Shown here in pieces: positions 1-9,545 of a DNA stretch of 64,000 nucleotides. Within the stretch, counting starts at the first letter, position 1, and the number at the start of each line of letters is the position of its first letter. Source of the DNA: an uncultured delta proteobacterium (GTDB lineage Bacteria > Bdellovibrionota > FAC87 > UBA2466); the NCBI GenBank assembly GCA_963778115.1, contig CAVZSV010000004.1:2880001-2944000 (forward strand), written 5' to 3'. Both the position numbers and the translations under genes were made by a program. Under the pieces are notes generated by a model. That model saw nothing but the letters and a program-made list of their open reading frames with translations, searched no databases and was not told where the DNA came from.

Positions 1-499
1 CTCCCGCAAAAGAGGGACCGACGAGTCGAGCAAGATTTACTATCGAGGAATTAAGCGCGATGGCATTAGGGAGATCTTTACGATCCTCTATCATCTGTAC
101 GACGAAAGACTGGCGGACGGGCATATCGAAAGCATTGATTAGCCCCTGAAAGATACTGAGCACCAGGATGTGCGCAATCGTTATCCGACCGGAAAGAGTG
201 AGATAGGCCAAGGCCGCCGACTGCAGAGCGGCGCAAATTTGGGTGATCACTAAGATCCTATGCTTGTTCCAGCGATCGACTAGAACACCAGCGGCGGGGG
301 CTAATAAGAAGGTGGGGAGCTGTCCCGCAAAGCTTACCCATCCCAGAACGAGTGCTGAATGGCTCAAACGGTAGACCAACCAGCTTGTGGCCACGCGAGT
401 CAACCACGTCCCGATAAGGGAAATCCCCTGCCCACAAAAGAACAGGCGATAGTTCCTATGTTTTAGGGATCGTGCGATACTTTTAAAGGAGCTGTTCAT
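1..499 (-). CDS. MFS transporter (DHA3/MFS_3-like), runs off the left edge
   Basis: Manual translation from ATG at 499: MNSSFKSIARSLKHRNYRLFFCGQGISLIGTWLTRVATSWLVYRL...AGVLVDRWNKHRIL (MFS motif A-like). Confidence 0.85.
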   Translation of the reverse strand, partial: MNSSFKSIARSLKHRNYRLFFCGQGISLIGTWLTRVATSWLVYRLSHSALVLGWVSFAGQLPTFLLAPAAGVLVDRWNKHRILVITQICAALQSAALAYLTLSGRITIAHILVLSIFQGLINAFDMPVRQSFVVQMIEDRKDLPNAIALNSSIVNLARLVGPSFAG

Positions 500-604
500 G
501 AGGATCTAAAACCTAGCTAATGCTGAGTAATTTTTGCTGACCACCCTAGCGGGACCCACTCGCTAACTTTAACTCAACCCACTGAAGATGCGAAGGATCA
601 GAAT

Positions 605-1405
605 ATGGGATTTAAGCGACTCGTTTTCCGTGCGCTTGTTTTTTTCTTGCTAAAGACAGCGCTAGTAAGTGCTGAGGACTTTTCCCTCAGAAACGCAGGG
701 GCACCGAGCGTCTCGCCTCCCCTTCATGCTGGCCCTCCCCCCGGGCCCCAAGTCCCGCTCTTACCCGTGGCAGACGAAGCAGTCTCCGCGCGTGAAACCA
801 AAGCATTTACCATTCGAGGAGTAAACTCCGCCGATGATATTCGTCGCCTTACCCAGATAAACGGACTTAGCATCGAGGCGTTGGAAGCACGAATGAGACC
901 TGGTCTTGATTCTCAAGGAAAACACAAACCACCTTTAGATGACGGCTATGATCGATCGGATGAAGGTTTTCTAGGTGAGCGCGAGCATCTACTCGGCTTA
1001 CTAGAAACCGATAATAAGACGGTTAGGGAAAGATATCGAACCACCCATCAGCAGATGGCGAAGCCGCTCATGGATGCGATAGCTATTTTCGAAAAGGGCA
1101 CAGAGAAAGACGGCGAAGGATTCGTGACTTATGTCTATCCGGAAAACTCTCTGAGTCCCGAGACCTATAAAGTGAAAGTGAACAACACGCATGGGTCGCA
1201 ATACTCCCCTTTCGGTGACGGGGATGTCGGAGGCTCGGTGGTCTATATCAAGAACGTCACCACGGGCAAAGAACTCTCTACGGCGGACCTGATGCCCAAG
1301 ATGATCGAAAAGTATGGCTTTTACGAGGGGATCGGTACGAAGTACCGCCTGTCTCCTGAAACGATCGTCGGAGTTTTCGATTATCTTGAACCCTATCGAA
1401 AGTAG
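605..1405 (+). CDS. Secreted hypothetical protein with a conserved-looking C-terminal domain
   Basis: Signal peptide, Pro-rich linker, then GFLG..E.L...D, SPFGD and GFYEG...YRL.P motifs; function unknown. Confidence 0.7.
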   Translation: MGFKRLVFRALVFFLLKTALVSAEDFSLRNAGAPSVSPPLHAGPPPGPQVPLLPVADEAVSARETKAFTIRGVNSADDIRRLTQINGLSIEALEARMRPGLDSQGKHKPPLDDGYDRSDEGFLGEREHLLGLLETDNKTVRERYRTTHQQMAKPLMDAIAIFEKGTEKDGEGFVTYVYPENSLSPETYKVKVNNTHGSQYSPFGDGDVGGSVVYIKNVTTGKELSTADLMPKMIEKYGFYEGIGTKYRLSPETIVGVFDYLEPYRK

Positions 1406-1640
1406 TCGGCGCCTGAAGACTCGGCTTTTCGCTCGCTATCGTTAAGTAGCGAAAAGGATAAGCGCTGTTTGGGACTTTCCTTGTATTCTTAGCTCACCCT
1501 ATTTTTCTTCTCTTTTGCTTTCCGTGAATACCGACGGATCCTGTCAAACCATCGGACGGTAGTTAGCAATCTTTGCTCACTTTGTGGCGATTCCTATTTG
1601 TCTTAGGGAGATCTTTACTCACGAAGGGCTTTAATTGTGA

Positions 1641-1656
1641 TGGCTCTTGCTTTGCA
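1641..1656 (+). promoter_or_regulatory. sigma54-type (-24/-12) promoter
   Basis: TGGCTCTTGCTTTGCA = GG-N10-GC, upstream of RBS and ATG at 1721. Confidence 0.55.
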
Positions 1657-1720
1657 TTTCTGGCGTGCGAGTCGAGCCAGTCTCCGTGTGGGGATTCGCC
1701 AATTATGAAGGAGATTTTAA

Positions 1721-2737
1721 ATGTCTAAAAAGTATTTGGTCGCGTCTTTAATCGCGATCAGCATTAGTTCTGTTGGATTTTGTCAGGAGCCCGAAGGTGA
1801 ACCCTCGGCTCCCCCCGTGGTCGCGTCAGATGAAGCGCCAGCGGTAGCTCCGGCGGTCGACCCGGCTCCTGCGGTAACCAAAGAGGAAACCCCAGCACCT
1901 CCGCCCACTACCTCTCCGGTGGTGGATCCGGCCCCTGTGGTAGCTACTGAGCCTCCGCCTGCTGCTGCTCCCGCTAAGGGAGATCACGGCGGTGCGCCCG
2001 CAACGACTGCGGCGCCTGAAGCCACAACCCCGGCTGCTCCTGAAGCCCGTCCAGCGGCTGCGATTAAGTTGCCCATCGTCGAGTTCCGTTACACGAACGT
2101 CTATAAACAAGTGGTGACGGCAACCTCTCCCGAGGACATCAAAAAGCACTTAACCGATCGTTTGAGAGATACGCGACGAGGATCCGATGCGGATTCTATC
2201 GAACAGATCCAAAATATTCTTGGTGACTACTCGAAAGATGGTCATGAAATCTCCGATCGTTACGCTCACAGCAACGTCATTAAGTACGTAAGAGACAGTG
2301 CCTGCTCTGATGGAACGATGTCGGGTGATGAGTTGGTAGACGAGCTTCTCAGACTGGCTCCCGCTCCGGGCGGCAGTTTGAAACTTATCGTCAATATCGA
2401 TGGAAGTAAGGAGCTCCCCAATCGTCGCGGGCACTCAATCACTTTCGGAATCGAAGTCCTTGATAAGGACGGTAAGATGGTTCCTCATGCGAAGTACGAC
2501 AACCTTATCACCATGGATTCGAAGTCGCTTTCCGAAGCGAGCCAGTCGGAAACCCAATATGATTGGGCGAAAGTCATGAAGGGCGAAATTCCCTCCATTT
2601 CCAATCGCATCTACCAGACTGCGGTTTCCAAAGCTATCGAAGGCCTCTACTCAGCTCAGAAGTTGAACAGCGGCTTGTGGAAAGAGCACCAAGCTTCCTG
2701 CAGCAAAGCCGAGCAAGAAGCCGCTTCTGCTAAGTAA
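1721..2737 (+). CDS. Secreted protein with a long Pro/Ala/Thr-rich N-terminal linker
   Basis: AAGGAG RBS, signal peptide, ~95-aa low-complexity P/A/T/E stretch, globular C-terminus. Confidence 0.8.
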   Translation: MSKKYLVASLIAISISSVGFCQEPEGEPSAPPVVASDEAPAVAPAVDPAPAVTKEETPAPPPTTSPVVDPAPVVATEPPPAAAPAKGDHGGAPATTAAPEATTPAAPEARPAAAIKLPIVEFRYTNVYKQVVTATSPEDIKKHLTDRLRDTRRGSDADSIEQIQNILGDYSKDGHEISDRYAHSNVIKYVRDSACSDGTMSGDELVDELLRLAPAPGGSLKLIVNIDGSKELPNRRGHSITFGIEVLDKDGKMVPHAKYDNLITMDSKSLSEASQSETQYDWAKVMKGEIPSISNRIYQTAVSKAIEGLYSAQKLNSGLWKEHQASCSKAEQEAASAK

Positions 2738-2754
2738 TTGGTCATAGTCATATT

Positions 2755-2794
2755 GAAAAGGGGCGGTTTCCCATTGGGAGTCCGCCCCTTTTTC
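2755..2794 (+). terminator. Rho-independent terminator, probably bidirectional
   Basis: GAAAAGGGGCGG...CCGCCCCTTTTTC stem with U-tract after the stop at 2737. Confidence 0.85.
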
Positions 2795-2911
2795 ATTTCC
2801 CTCCGCGGATTCCCCGCTTAACTAGACAGGGAGCCATTGTCCAGCTATGGTGCAGCCAGTAGCAGATGCTAATCAGCCATCTTTAAAGTGGCATGGAAGG
2901 GAGTTCGTCGT

Positions 2912-3400
2912 ATGAAAATTAACCATATTTTGATGTTAGTCGCGGTGGCGGCGATAACGGGGGGACTTTCCACTGAAGTCTTCGGATCGGGATCCAGTTC
3001 CGGAGCTCTTTTAGAGAAAAAGTTGGCGACCGCTCTTGGAAAGAAAGAGGCGGTATGCACGGGAGACTCCGACCAAGTGACTTTAAGCGTGGATTCAAAG
3101 GGCCTGATCCGCATGGTGGCCCATTATAAGGGCTCTATCAGCGGAACTCTTGATACGGATGACGAGAAAGACGGAGCCGAATGTGGCGGCCTTTTCGTGC
3201 ACATTAGTAAGGCAAAAAAGAACTATGTGCTGGACGATAGATATGACGACTGCGAAAGAGGCAGTTGGAGCTATCGGATCTTTCTTCCGGAAAACGCTCT
3301 TGAGCTTCTCGCGAAGAAAAACGAATTCGATATTAACTCCTATCCGGTCGTAGAGGGTAGCAAAGACGCGATCCGTCGCCTCTCTTGCAAAGTTAACTAA
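2912..3400 (+). CDS. Secreted hypothetical protein (4 Cys)
   Basis: RBS then MKINHILMLVAVAA signal peptide. Confidence 0.7.
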   Translation: MKINHILMLVAVAAITGGLSTEVFGSGSSSGALLEKKLATALGKKEAVCTGDSDQVTLSVDSKGLIRMVAHYKGSISGTLDTDDEKDGAECGGLFVHISKAKKNYVLDDRYDDCERGSWSYRIFLPENALELLAKKNEFDINSYPVVEGSKDAIRRLSCKVN

Positions 3401-3403
3401 TTC

Positions 3404-3464
3404 GAGAAAACGGCCAGTCGCTTTTCGCCCCTAAGTGGGGACTGGCCGACTGGCCCGTTTTCTC
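3404..3464 (+). terminator. Stem-loop after the 2912..3400 gene, probable terminator
   Basis: GAGAAAACGGCCAGTCG ... CGACTGGCCCGTTTTCTC imperfect inverted repeat. Confidence 0.5.
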
Positions 3465-3601
3465 CTAAGTCTTAAAGGTTTGCGGCGCCTAAACGCGAAG
3501 CATTACGAGCCAAAGCAATTCTACTTTCTCCCTCCTCAACAAACAATTTCGATATATAATCACGCAAACCTCGCCCTATTGACGAGTAAGGAGTAATAAA
3601 G

Positions 3602-4702
3602 ATGTCTTTGAATAGTCCTTTAACACCGTTTTTGTTACTGGACCTTTTTCCTACCCCTCTCACGAGTCGATTACTGACCATCGCCAAAGTCGTGGCCAAA
3701 GAGGGAGTGTTTCACGGAGAATGGCGTGAAGTGCGTGCTATTTTTCGTCGATTCGGATCCGTCCGTATTCCGGAAGCTCTGGTAGGGGCGCTTACTGAAT
3801 TAGGAACTCCTTTTTTAAGAAATGATTTCTCTGAATTTCCGAAAGCCAGAACCGTCGTGGCTTTGAAGAATGAAAAATGCCTACGTTGGGCTCTTGAGAA
3901 AAAGAAAAAGGGGCAAATAGATCACATTATTGCTGGTCCGTTCGTTGCCACGATGCCTTGGGAGTGTGAAGAGATTCTACTGGACCCCCAAATAGACAGG
4001 CTGCTTTTTCTTAGTTCGTGGCATCGTGACCTGTTCTTAAAGGAAGCGGGAAAACTTTCGCCTAAGACTTCCGTTTGGTTTGCGGGTGTCGATACCGAAT
4101 GGTGGAAGGCCTTGGAGAGAGAAACGCGATCACAGATTTTAATTTTTGATAAGCAGATCGATCGGGCTCTATTACAAAAAACGAAAGACTTGATCACTTC
4201 CATCGGAAAGCCTTTTAAGGTGATTGAGTATGGAACTTATACGACCGAAGAGTATCGGAAGGAATTGAGTAAGAGCCTCTTTGCCGTTTTTCTTCATAGA
4301 ACCGAGACCCAAGGAATGGCTACTTTCGAGGCCTGGAGTTGCGGGGTTCCCACACTACATTTTGATCCGGGAGTGATGAGTTTTCTGGGGAAACCGTACG
4401 CGGGTGCCTCCAGCTGTCCCTATCTAGATTCCGACACAGGTCTCAAATTCTCTTCAGAAAAAGAGATTGAATCCGCCTTCGAGAATATGGTGCAGCGCCT
4501 GCCCCAATTCCACCCTCGCCGATATGTTCTAGATGGATTCACAAACCGAGATTCCGCTTTGAGATTTTTAGAGATTCTCTCCTCTGTCAATGAAGAGAGA
4601 GCCACGGGAAAGCCAGATATTCCTACGGAAAACTACGCTACTGTGCGAGTTCCCACGCGGCCTAACGAGCGTAGTTCAACATTTCCATCGCTTCTGTCCT
4701 GA
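3602..4702 (+). CDS. Glycosyltransferase (GT-B, GT4-like)
   Basis: GVDTEWW and ETQGMATFEAWSCGVP (E-x7-E) motifs. Confidence 0.75.
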   Translation: MSLNSPLTPFLLLDLFPTPLTSRLLTIAKVVAKEGVFHGEWREVRAIFRRFGSVRIPEALVGALTELGTPFLRNDFSEFPKARTVVALKNEKCLRWALEKKKKGQIDHIIAGPFVATMPWECEEILLDPQIDRLLFLSSWHRDLFLKEAGKLSPKTSVWFAGVDTEWWKALERETRSQILIFDKQIDRALLQKTKDLITSIGKPFKVIEYGTYTTEEYRKELSKSLFAVFLHRTETQGMATFEAWSCGVPTLHFDPGVMSFLGKPYAGASSCPYLDSDTGLKFSSEKEIESAFENMVQRLPQFHPRRYVLDGFTNRDSALRFLEILSSVNEERATGKPDIPTENYATVRVPTRPNERSSTFPSLLS

Positions 4703-4746
4703 CTTTTGTCCTGTTTTTTCCTTGGCTCCCGAGTTATGAACTCCAG

Positions 4747-5175
4747 ATGAGTGATGATTCGCAAATGGAAACGACGCAAGTCGATGAGGCTCTGAAGGCT
4801 GCTCAGGCGAACCCCGCTTATGCCAACCTTTTTTATGACACTTTCTTAAATGCTGATATCTTTGTTCCGGCCTTGCGCGCGGATAAAAGACCCGGCGAAT
4901 GGGAAAAGTTAAAGACCTCGGATCGTTTTTTCCCCCTCTATCTGCGACACGAAGAGGCCCGGGCGGTTCCCGTCTTTGACAGGCTCCAGAAACTGAAGAC
5001 TTTTGCCCAAGACCGCACCTTTGATTACCTCACGCTTCCCGCCCACCTGTTTCTCAAAGTGATAGCCCCTGAAGTTGCGATTGTCCTCAATGAAGGAACT
5101 TCTTTTCGCTACCTTTTTACTCCGGAAATTTTAGAGAAGCTAAGAAACGCAGTAAAACCAGTTCGGCCGAATTAG
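4747..5175 (+). CDS. SseB family protein
   Basis: FYDTFLNADIFVP...VPVF...IVLN pattern and 142-aa size. Confidence 0.65.
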   Translation: MSDDSQMETTQVDEALKAAQANPAYANLFYDTFLNADIFVPALRADKRPGEWEKLKTSDRFFPLYLRHEEARAVPVFDRLQKLKTFAQDRTFDYLTLPAHLFLKVIAPEVAIVLNEGTSFRYLFTPEILEKLRNAVKPVRPN

Positions 5176-5186
5176 TTACCGTGGCG

Positions 5187-6182
5187 CTATTCCCGAAGGG
5201 TGACGGGGATTTCAGTTTTGGAATTCTTTTCCAGAAGCATTACCTTATTTCCATACATCCAAAGGAGCTCCAGATCGAGGGTTTCGGGAGCGGGAGTACC
5301 CCTTCTTTGGATAAACGTTCGCAACTCGTCTTCTCTTTCGCGAAGTTGAGCTTCCACTCGTTTGAGGTGGACGAAGAGTCGATCTGTTTTTCTCGTCGAT
5401 TCGATGGAATGTCCACTCATGGCGTATCCGCCGCCGGGTGAAACGTACGCATCTCCCCCCAACATGAATCCGTAGGAAAATCCCGATTTCCTCATTTGAC
5501 GGATTTGATCGTCTGAAGGGTTGTCCATGGTAAACTTATTGCCTGCCAATTTGTAGTCTTTAAGCGCGTCGGGCCAACTTTTAGAGATGATCTGAAGTAG
5601 CTCAAGAGTCTGGAAACTTCCTTGGTGGGGAAGTACGTCTATCAGATAAAGGGTATCTCCTTTTTGATAGGCGAAGAGCAGTTCGTTAGTTCTACTGATC
5701 GTTTGCGTTTGGTTATCGAATTGAGTCCCTAAGTGTAAATGGTAGATTCCCCAGTCGTTAAGCAGCCCGTCTTCGTAATCGAGATTTCCAATCTGGCGGC
5801 TAAGATAGGGGGTGAGATCCTTTCCTTTCTTCGCTTTATCAATAATCGAATCAATTCCACCGTGGATACTCATGGGAAGGTTATTGTCTTGTAATCGCTT
5901 CGCCAGAGAATATGAAATAGCGACTTTCCATTTCTTTTGCGGGAGCTTTCTGCGCTCGAGGTTAAAATAGCGATACATCGTTTCATCGAAATTCAGGTTA
6001 GGATCGATATTGACCCCTTGCTTAAGAAGCTGACTGGTCGTTAGACGCTTGTAATCTTCTACGATATTGAGTCGGAACCGAGGGTTACCATCTGGAGCCA
6101 AATCGGCCAAAGCGGCGCAGCCCCATGCGCGAGCCCCGACAACGCACAGCAAGAATACGAGTAAAGGAAAAAACACCTTCAT
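5187..6182 (-). CDS. Secreted hypothetical protein with a DGLLNDWGIYHLHLG motif
   Basis: Signal peptide MKVFFPLLVFLLCVVGARA; HxHL motif followed by RTNELLF...YLIDVLPH. Confidence 0.75.
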   Translation of the reverse strand: MKVFFPLLVFLLCVVGARAWGCAALADLAPDGNPRFRLNIVEDYKRLTTSQLLKQGVNIDPNLNFDETMYRYFNLERRKLPQKKWKVAISYSLAKRLQDNNLPMSIHGGIDSIIDKAKKGKDLTPYLSRQIGNLDYEDGLLNDWGIYHLHLGTQFDNQTQTISRTNELLFAYQKGDTLYLIDVLPHQGSFQTLELLQIISKSWPDALKDYKLAGNKFTMDNPSDDQIRQMRKSGFSYGFMLGGDAYVSPGGGYAMSGHSIESTRKTDRLFVHLKRVEAQLREREDELRTFIQRRGTPAPETLDLELLWMYGNKVMLLEKNSKTEIPVTLRE

Positions 6183-6197
6183 CCTGCGCAATGGTGC

Positions 6198-6213
6198 TGC
6201 AAAAGAGGTGCCC
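6198..6213 (-). promoter_or_regulatory. sigma54-type promoter
   Basis: Minus strand GGGCACCTCTTTTGCA = GG-N10-GC, just upstream of ATG at 6182. Confidence 0.6.
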
Positions 6214-6309
6214 CAAAACGGATCCCTCCGGAATACAAAGCAAGAAAGAAGGCGATGAAAGAAAGCCGTTATTTACGTTGATCCAATCCCCAGGTATAAA
6301 TTCCAGGGT

Positions 6310-7119
6310 ATGTCACTAGCGCTCTTTACGGTTTTGCCTCCTCGAGCGAAATCGGTTCCTATCTTAATTAGCTCTCCTCACAGTGGAGTTGGTTTTCCCG
6401 CGGAGACGGGAAAAGGTCTCATGCCCCAGTGGATGACTCATCCTCCGGATACCGATTGGTTTGTGAACCGGCTTTACGACTTTGCGCCCGATATGGGAAT
6501 TACGATGATATGCGCCAATTACAGTCGCTACGTCATCGATCTCAATCGCGATCCCAAAGGGGCTAATCTCTATAATGATGGACGAGCCGAAACGGCCTTA
6601 GTTCCGATTACCACCTTTTCGGGAGAGGCCATTTACCTCCACACCGTTCCGACCAAAGAGGAAGTGGAAGATAGGCTCCGGCGTTATTACTGGCCGTATT
6701 ACACTAAGATAGAGGAGCTGCTAAGGGATCTTCTTTCCCGCCATCGTCAGGTCCTTTTCTATGATGCACACTCGATTCGTCACCAAGTCTCCTGCATACA
6801 AACGGAAGCGTTTGCTGATCTGATGTTAGGAGACCAAAACGGAAAAACAGCGGCGCCTAAGTTAATTGATACCGCGCTTATCAATCTTAAAAGCAGCACA
6901 TTTTCGATAGGCCATAACCATCCTTTTAAAGGCGGTCATCTTACCCGTTTTTTTGGCAGACCCGAAAACGGGATCCATGCGTTGCAACTAGAAATGTCAC
7001 AAACCGTATACATGGACGAAGACAAAACGAAATACCTTCCCGAAAAAGCAGAACGCATCAGAAAAGTCTTAAAAGCTACACTGACCGCGCTAGCGAACCA
7101 GATGGAAAATTTATCATGA
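6310..7119 (+). CDS. hutG: N-formylglutamate amidohydrolase
   Basis: SSPHSG, DTDWFV, SRYVIDLNR, DAHSI, PFKGG, HALQLE motifs; overlaps hutF. Confidence 0.92.
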   Translation: MSLALFTVLPPRAKSVPILISSPHSGVGFPAETGKGLMPQWMTHPPDTDWFVNRLYDFAPDMGITMICANYSRYVIDLNRDPKGANLYNDGRAETALVPITTFSGEAIYLHTVPTKEEVEDRLRRYYWPYYTKIEELLRDLLSRHRQVLFYDAHSIRHQVSCIQTEAFADLMLGDQNGKTAAPKLIDTALINLKSSTFSIGHNHPFKGGHLTRFFGRPENGIHALQLEMSQTVYMDEDKTKYLPEKAERIRKVLKATLTALANQMENLS

Positions 7120-8489
7120 AGACATTTCAGTTCGATGCGATCTTTCAGGGCGGTCGTAAATGGCTTAGTCCGGGTGTTGTTGCACTCGACGACTCTGGAA
7201 AAATTCTAAAAGTTTCTACTGAGGTTTCGCCCGAAGCAGGAAAGCCTGAAGTAGAAAAGATACAAGGGTGGGCAATTCCCGGCTTCATTAACGCCCATTC
7301 TCACGCGTTTCAATATGCGATGTCGGGGCTGACCGAGCATCTCCCCAAGGGGGCAAAGTCGGATGATTTTTGGAGTTGGCGCGAGTTAATGTATGACATC
7401 GCTCTGGCTATCTCTCCCGAAGAGCTACAAGCTATTGCTGCACAGGCTTTCGCCGAAATGGTGCGTCAGGGATTTACCTGGGTGACCGAATTTCACTACT
7501 TGCACAAAGATCCCAAGGGAAAGTTCTACGCTAACCCCTCTGAAATGGGGGACAGGCTAGCCGCAGCCGCCACAGAGGCGGGAATTCAACTAACGTTGGT
7601 CCCGGTGTTTTATCGTTGGGGGGATTTTAGAAAACCGCCGTCTCCGAAGCAGAGTCGATTCATTTTGGAATCGGTAGAGGAGTACTCAACGCTTTTAGAC
7701 TCTTATTCGCGTGAACAAGAGTTTATGGGAATCGGAGTCCATTCCTTACGAGCGGCCAATCCACAAGAGACTCTAGAGATTCTGGGAATGAAAACGACTC
7801 GACCCAAACATCTACATATCGCGGAACAGGAAAAAGAGGTTGCTTCCGCAAAAAAGGTGCTTAAGAGCAGTCCCATCGATTGGCTATTCGATCATGTTGA
7901 AATAGACGAGGGGTTTCAGCTCGTCCATTGTACTCACGCCACTTCGAACGAAATTAAGAAAATCGCAAAGTCCGGCGCTAACGTGATCCTCTGCCCAAGT
8001 ACTGAAGGAAATTTGGGCGACGGGTATTTCGAATTTGAAGAACTGGTTCGCAGGGGAGGGACTTGGAGTATCGGAACTGACAGTCACATTGGACTAAGTC
8101 CGCTTGAGGAGTTGCGGTGGCTGGATTATGGCACGAGACTTAGACTAAAAAGGCGAAACCCGTTATGCGCCGTGCCTGGGACGGATAGCGGCCAATTCCT
8201 CTTTGACGGGGCTTTCCGGGGTGGGCGCTTGGCGGCTACTGGCAAAAGGGCAAAGAAAATGTTTCAGACGGGAGATTACTTCGATGCCGCTATCGTGAAC
8301 TCGGAGTCTGCTCTCTTAGAGGGAATTAAGGACGAGCGGCGCCTGTCGACACTTCTGTTTTCAGGGGATGCCTCGATGCTAAAGGGAACCATCGTTCGTG
8401 GAGAATGGCGAGTTAAGGACCAAAGGCACGTAAACGCCGAGGAGATCCGGACGAAATTTCGGTCCGCGGTGAAATCTCTAAGAACCTAA
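7116..8489 (+). CDS. hutF: Formimidoylglutamate deiminase
   Basis: PGFINAHSHAFQ, DFWSWRELMY, EFHYLH, HSLRA, CPSTEGNLGDG, GTDSH motifs. Confidence 0.93.
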   Translation: MKTFQFDAIFQGGRKWLSPGVVALDDSGKILKVSTEVSPEAGKPEVEKIQGWAIPGFINAHSHAFQYAMSGLTEHLPKGAKSDDFWSWRELMYDIALAISPEELQAIAAQAFAEMVRQGFTWVTEFHYLHKDPKGKFYANPSEMGDRLAAAATEAGIQLTLVPVFYRWGDFRKPPSPKQSRFILESVEEYSTLLDSYSREQEFMGIGVHSLRAANPQETLEILGMKTTRPKHLHIAEQEKEVASAKKVLKSSPIDWLFDHVEIDEGFQLVHCTHATSNEIKKIAKSGANVILCPSTEGNLGDGYFEFEELVRRGGTWSIGTDSHIGLSPLEELRWLDYGTRLRLKRRNPLCAVPGTDSGQFLFDGAFRGGRLAATGKRAKKMFQTGDYFDAAIVNSESALLEGIKDERRLSTLLFSGDASMLKGTIVRGEWRVKDQRHVNAEEIRTKFRSAVKSLRT

Positions 8490-8491
8490 CC

Positions 8492-8830
8492 ATGGCTATC
8501 GACACCAGAACTCAATTCTCTAAACGCGTCATAAAGCTCGTCAAACAAATTCCCAGAGGGAAAGTCGCCACTTATGGGCAGATTGCCAAACTGGCCGGTA
8601 AGCCCCAAGGATCGCGAGGCGTAGGGTGGCTGCTTCATTCTTGTTCCAAGAGTCATGGACTTCCTTGGCAACGAGTGGTGAACTCGAAAGGTAAAATCCC
8701 AGCACCCGAAGACAGTTTGCAATACTCTGTTCAGATGAGGCTGTTGCAAAGAGAGGGAGTGGATTTAATGCAGGGGAGAGTCGATTTAGCCAAATTCCTT
8801 TGGAACAAGAAAAAAATCGGCAATAATTGA
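8492..8830 (+). CDS. Alkyltransferase-like (ATL/YbaZ, MGMT family) protein
   Basis: IPRGKVATYGQIA...RGVG...PWQRVVN; Trp in place of the catalytic Cys of PCHR. Confidence 0.88.
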   Translation: MAIDTRTQFSKRVIKLVKQIPRGKVATYGQIAKLAGKPQGSRGVGWLLHSCSKSHGLPWQRVVNSKGKIPAPEDSLQYSVQMRLLQREGVDLMQGRVDLAKFLWNKKKIGNN

Positions 8831-9408
8831 AAGGCATGGCCGTAACGATGGGGTCAACGAATTTGTTTTCTAACGCATGGGGAGTGCTGAGTCTTTTTCT
8901 GATTCCCATCGGAGGCGGCATTCCGGCGGGTGTGCTACTTGCGAAAAGCCGAAGCATTGCCTGGCCTACTACGACCGCTCTGTATTTTATCTCTGACGTG
9001 ATATTGGCGTGTGTTTTTGAACCTCTTATGCTTCTCGTTATCAAAGTGGGAAAGCGATCTCCCAAAGTCGCTAGATTTAGCGACGCTTTTGGTAAGGCGA
9101 TGAAGAAAACGACGGCTCATTATGGAACCGAACTGGGACCCTTGGCCCTTATTACGATAGCCTTTGGTGCGGATCCCATGACCGGACGAGCAGCCGCAAA
9201 AGCCGCCGGACATGGATTCATCACTGGTTGGATGATGGCGATTGCAGGCGATATGCTCTATTTCGCCTTGATCATGAGTTCTACCCTTTGGCTGAATAAT
9301 ATTTTGGGGGATGGTACCTGGACGACCATCATCATAGTCGTGTTAATGATCATCGTACCGGTCTTAATTCGTCGTTTTCGAGAGTCCAGGCGCACGGAAA
9401 CTGCCTAA
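8827..9408 (+). CDS. Membrane protein (small multidrug export-like)
   Basis: Several hydrophobic segments; FLIPIGGGIPAG and DPMTG motifs. Confidence 0.6.
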   Translation: MKGMAVTMGSTNLFSNAWGVLSLFLIPIGGGIPAGVLLAKSRSIAWPTTTALYFISDVILACVFEPLMLLVIKVGKRSPKVARFSDAFGKAMKKTTAHYGTELGPLALITIAFGADPMTGRAAAKAAGHGFITGWMMAIAGDMLYFALIMSSTLWLNNILGDGTWTTIIIVVLMIIVPVLIRRFRESRRTETA

Positions 9409-9545
9409 GCTAACCGGGGAATTTTCTCTTTTTTGGCGATCTTCCCGTTTTCATTCCAAATAGTTAGCTCAGCATTAAGGCTCTAGTATTGTATTGAATC
9501 CGCTACCTTGCTATAAGACCGTCACTCAAAAAGCGAGGGTGTTCC

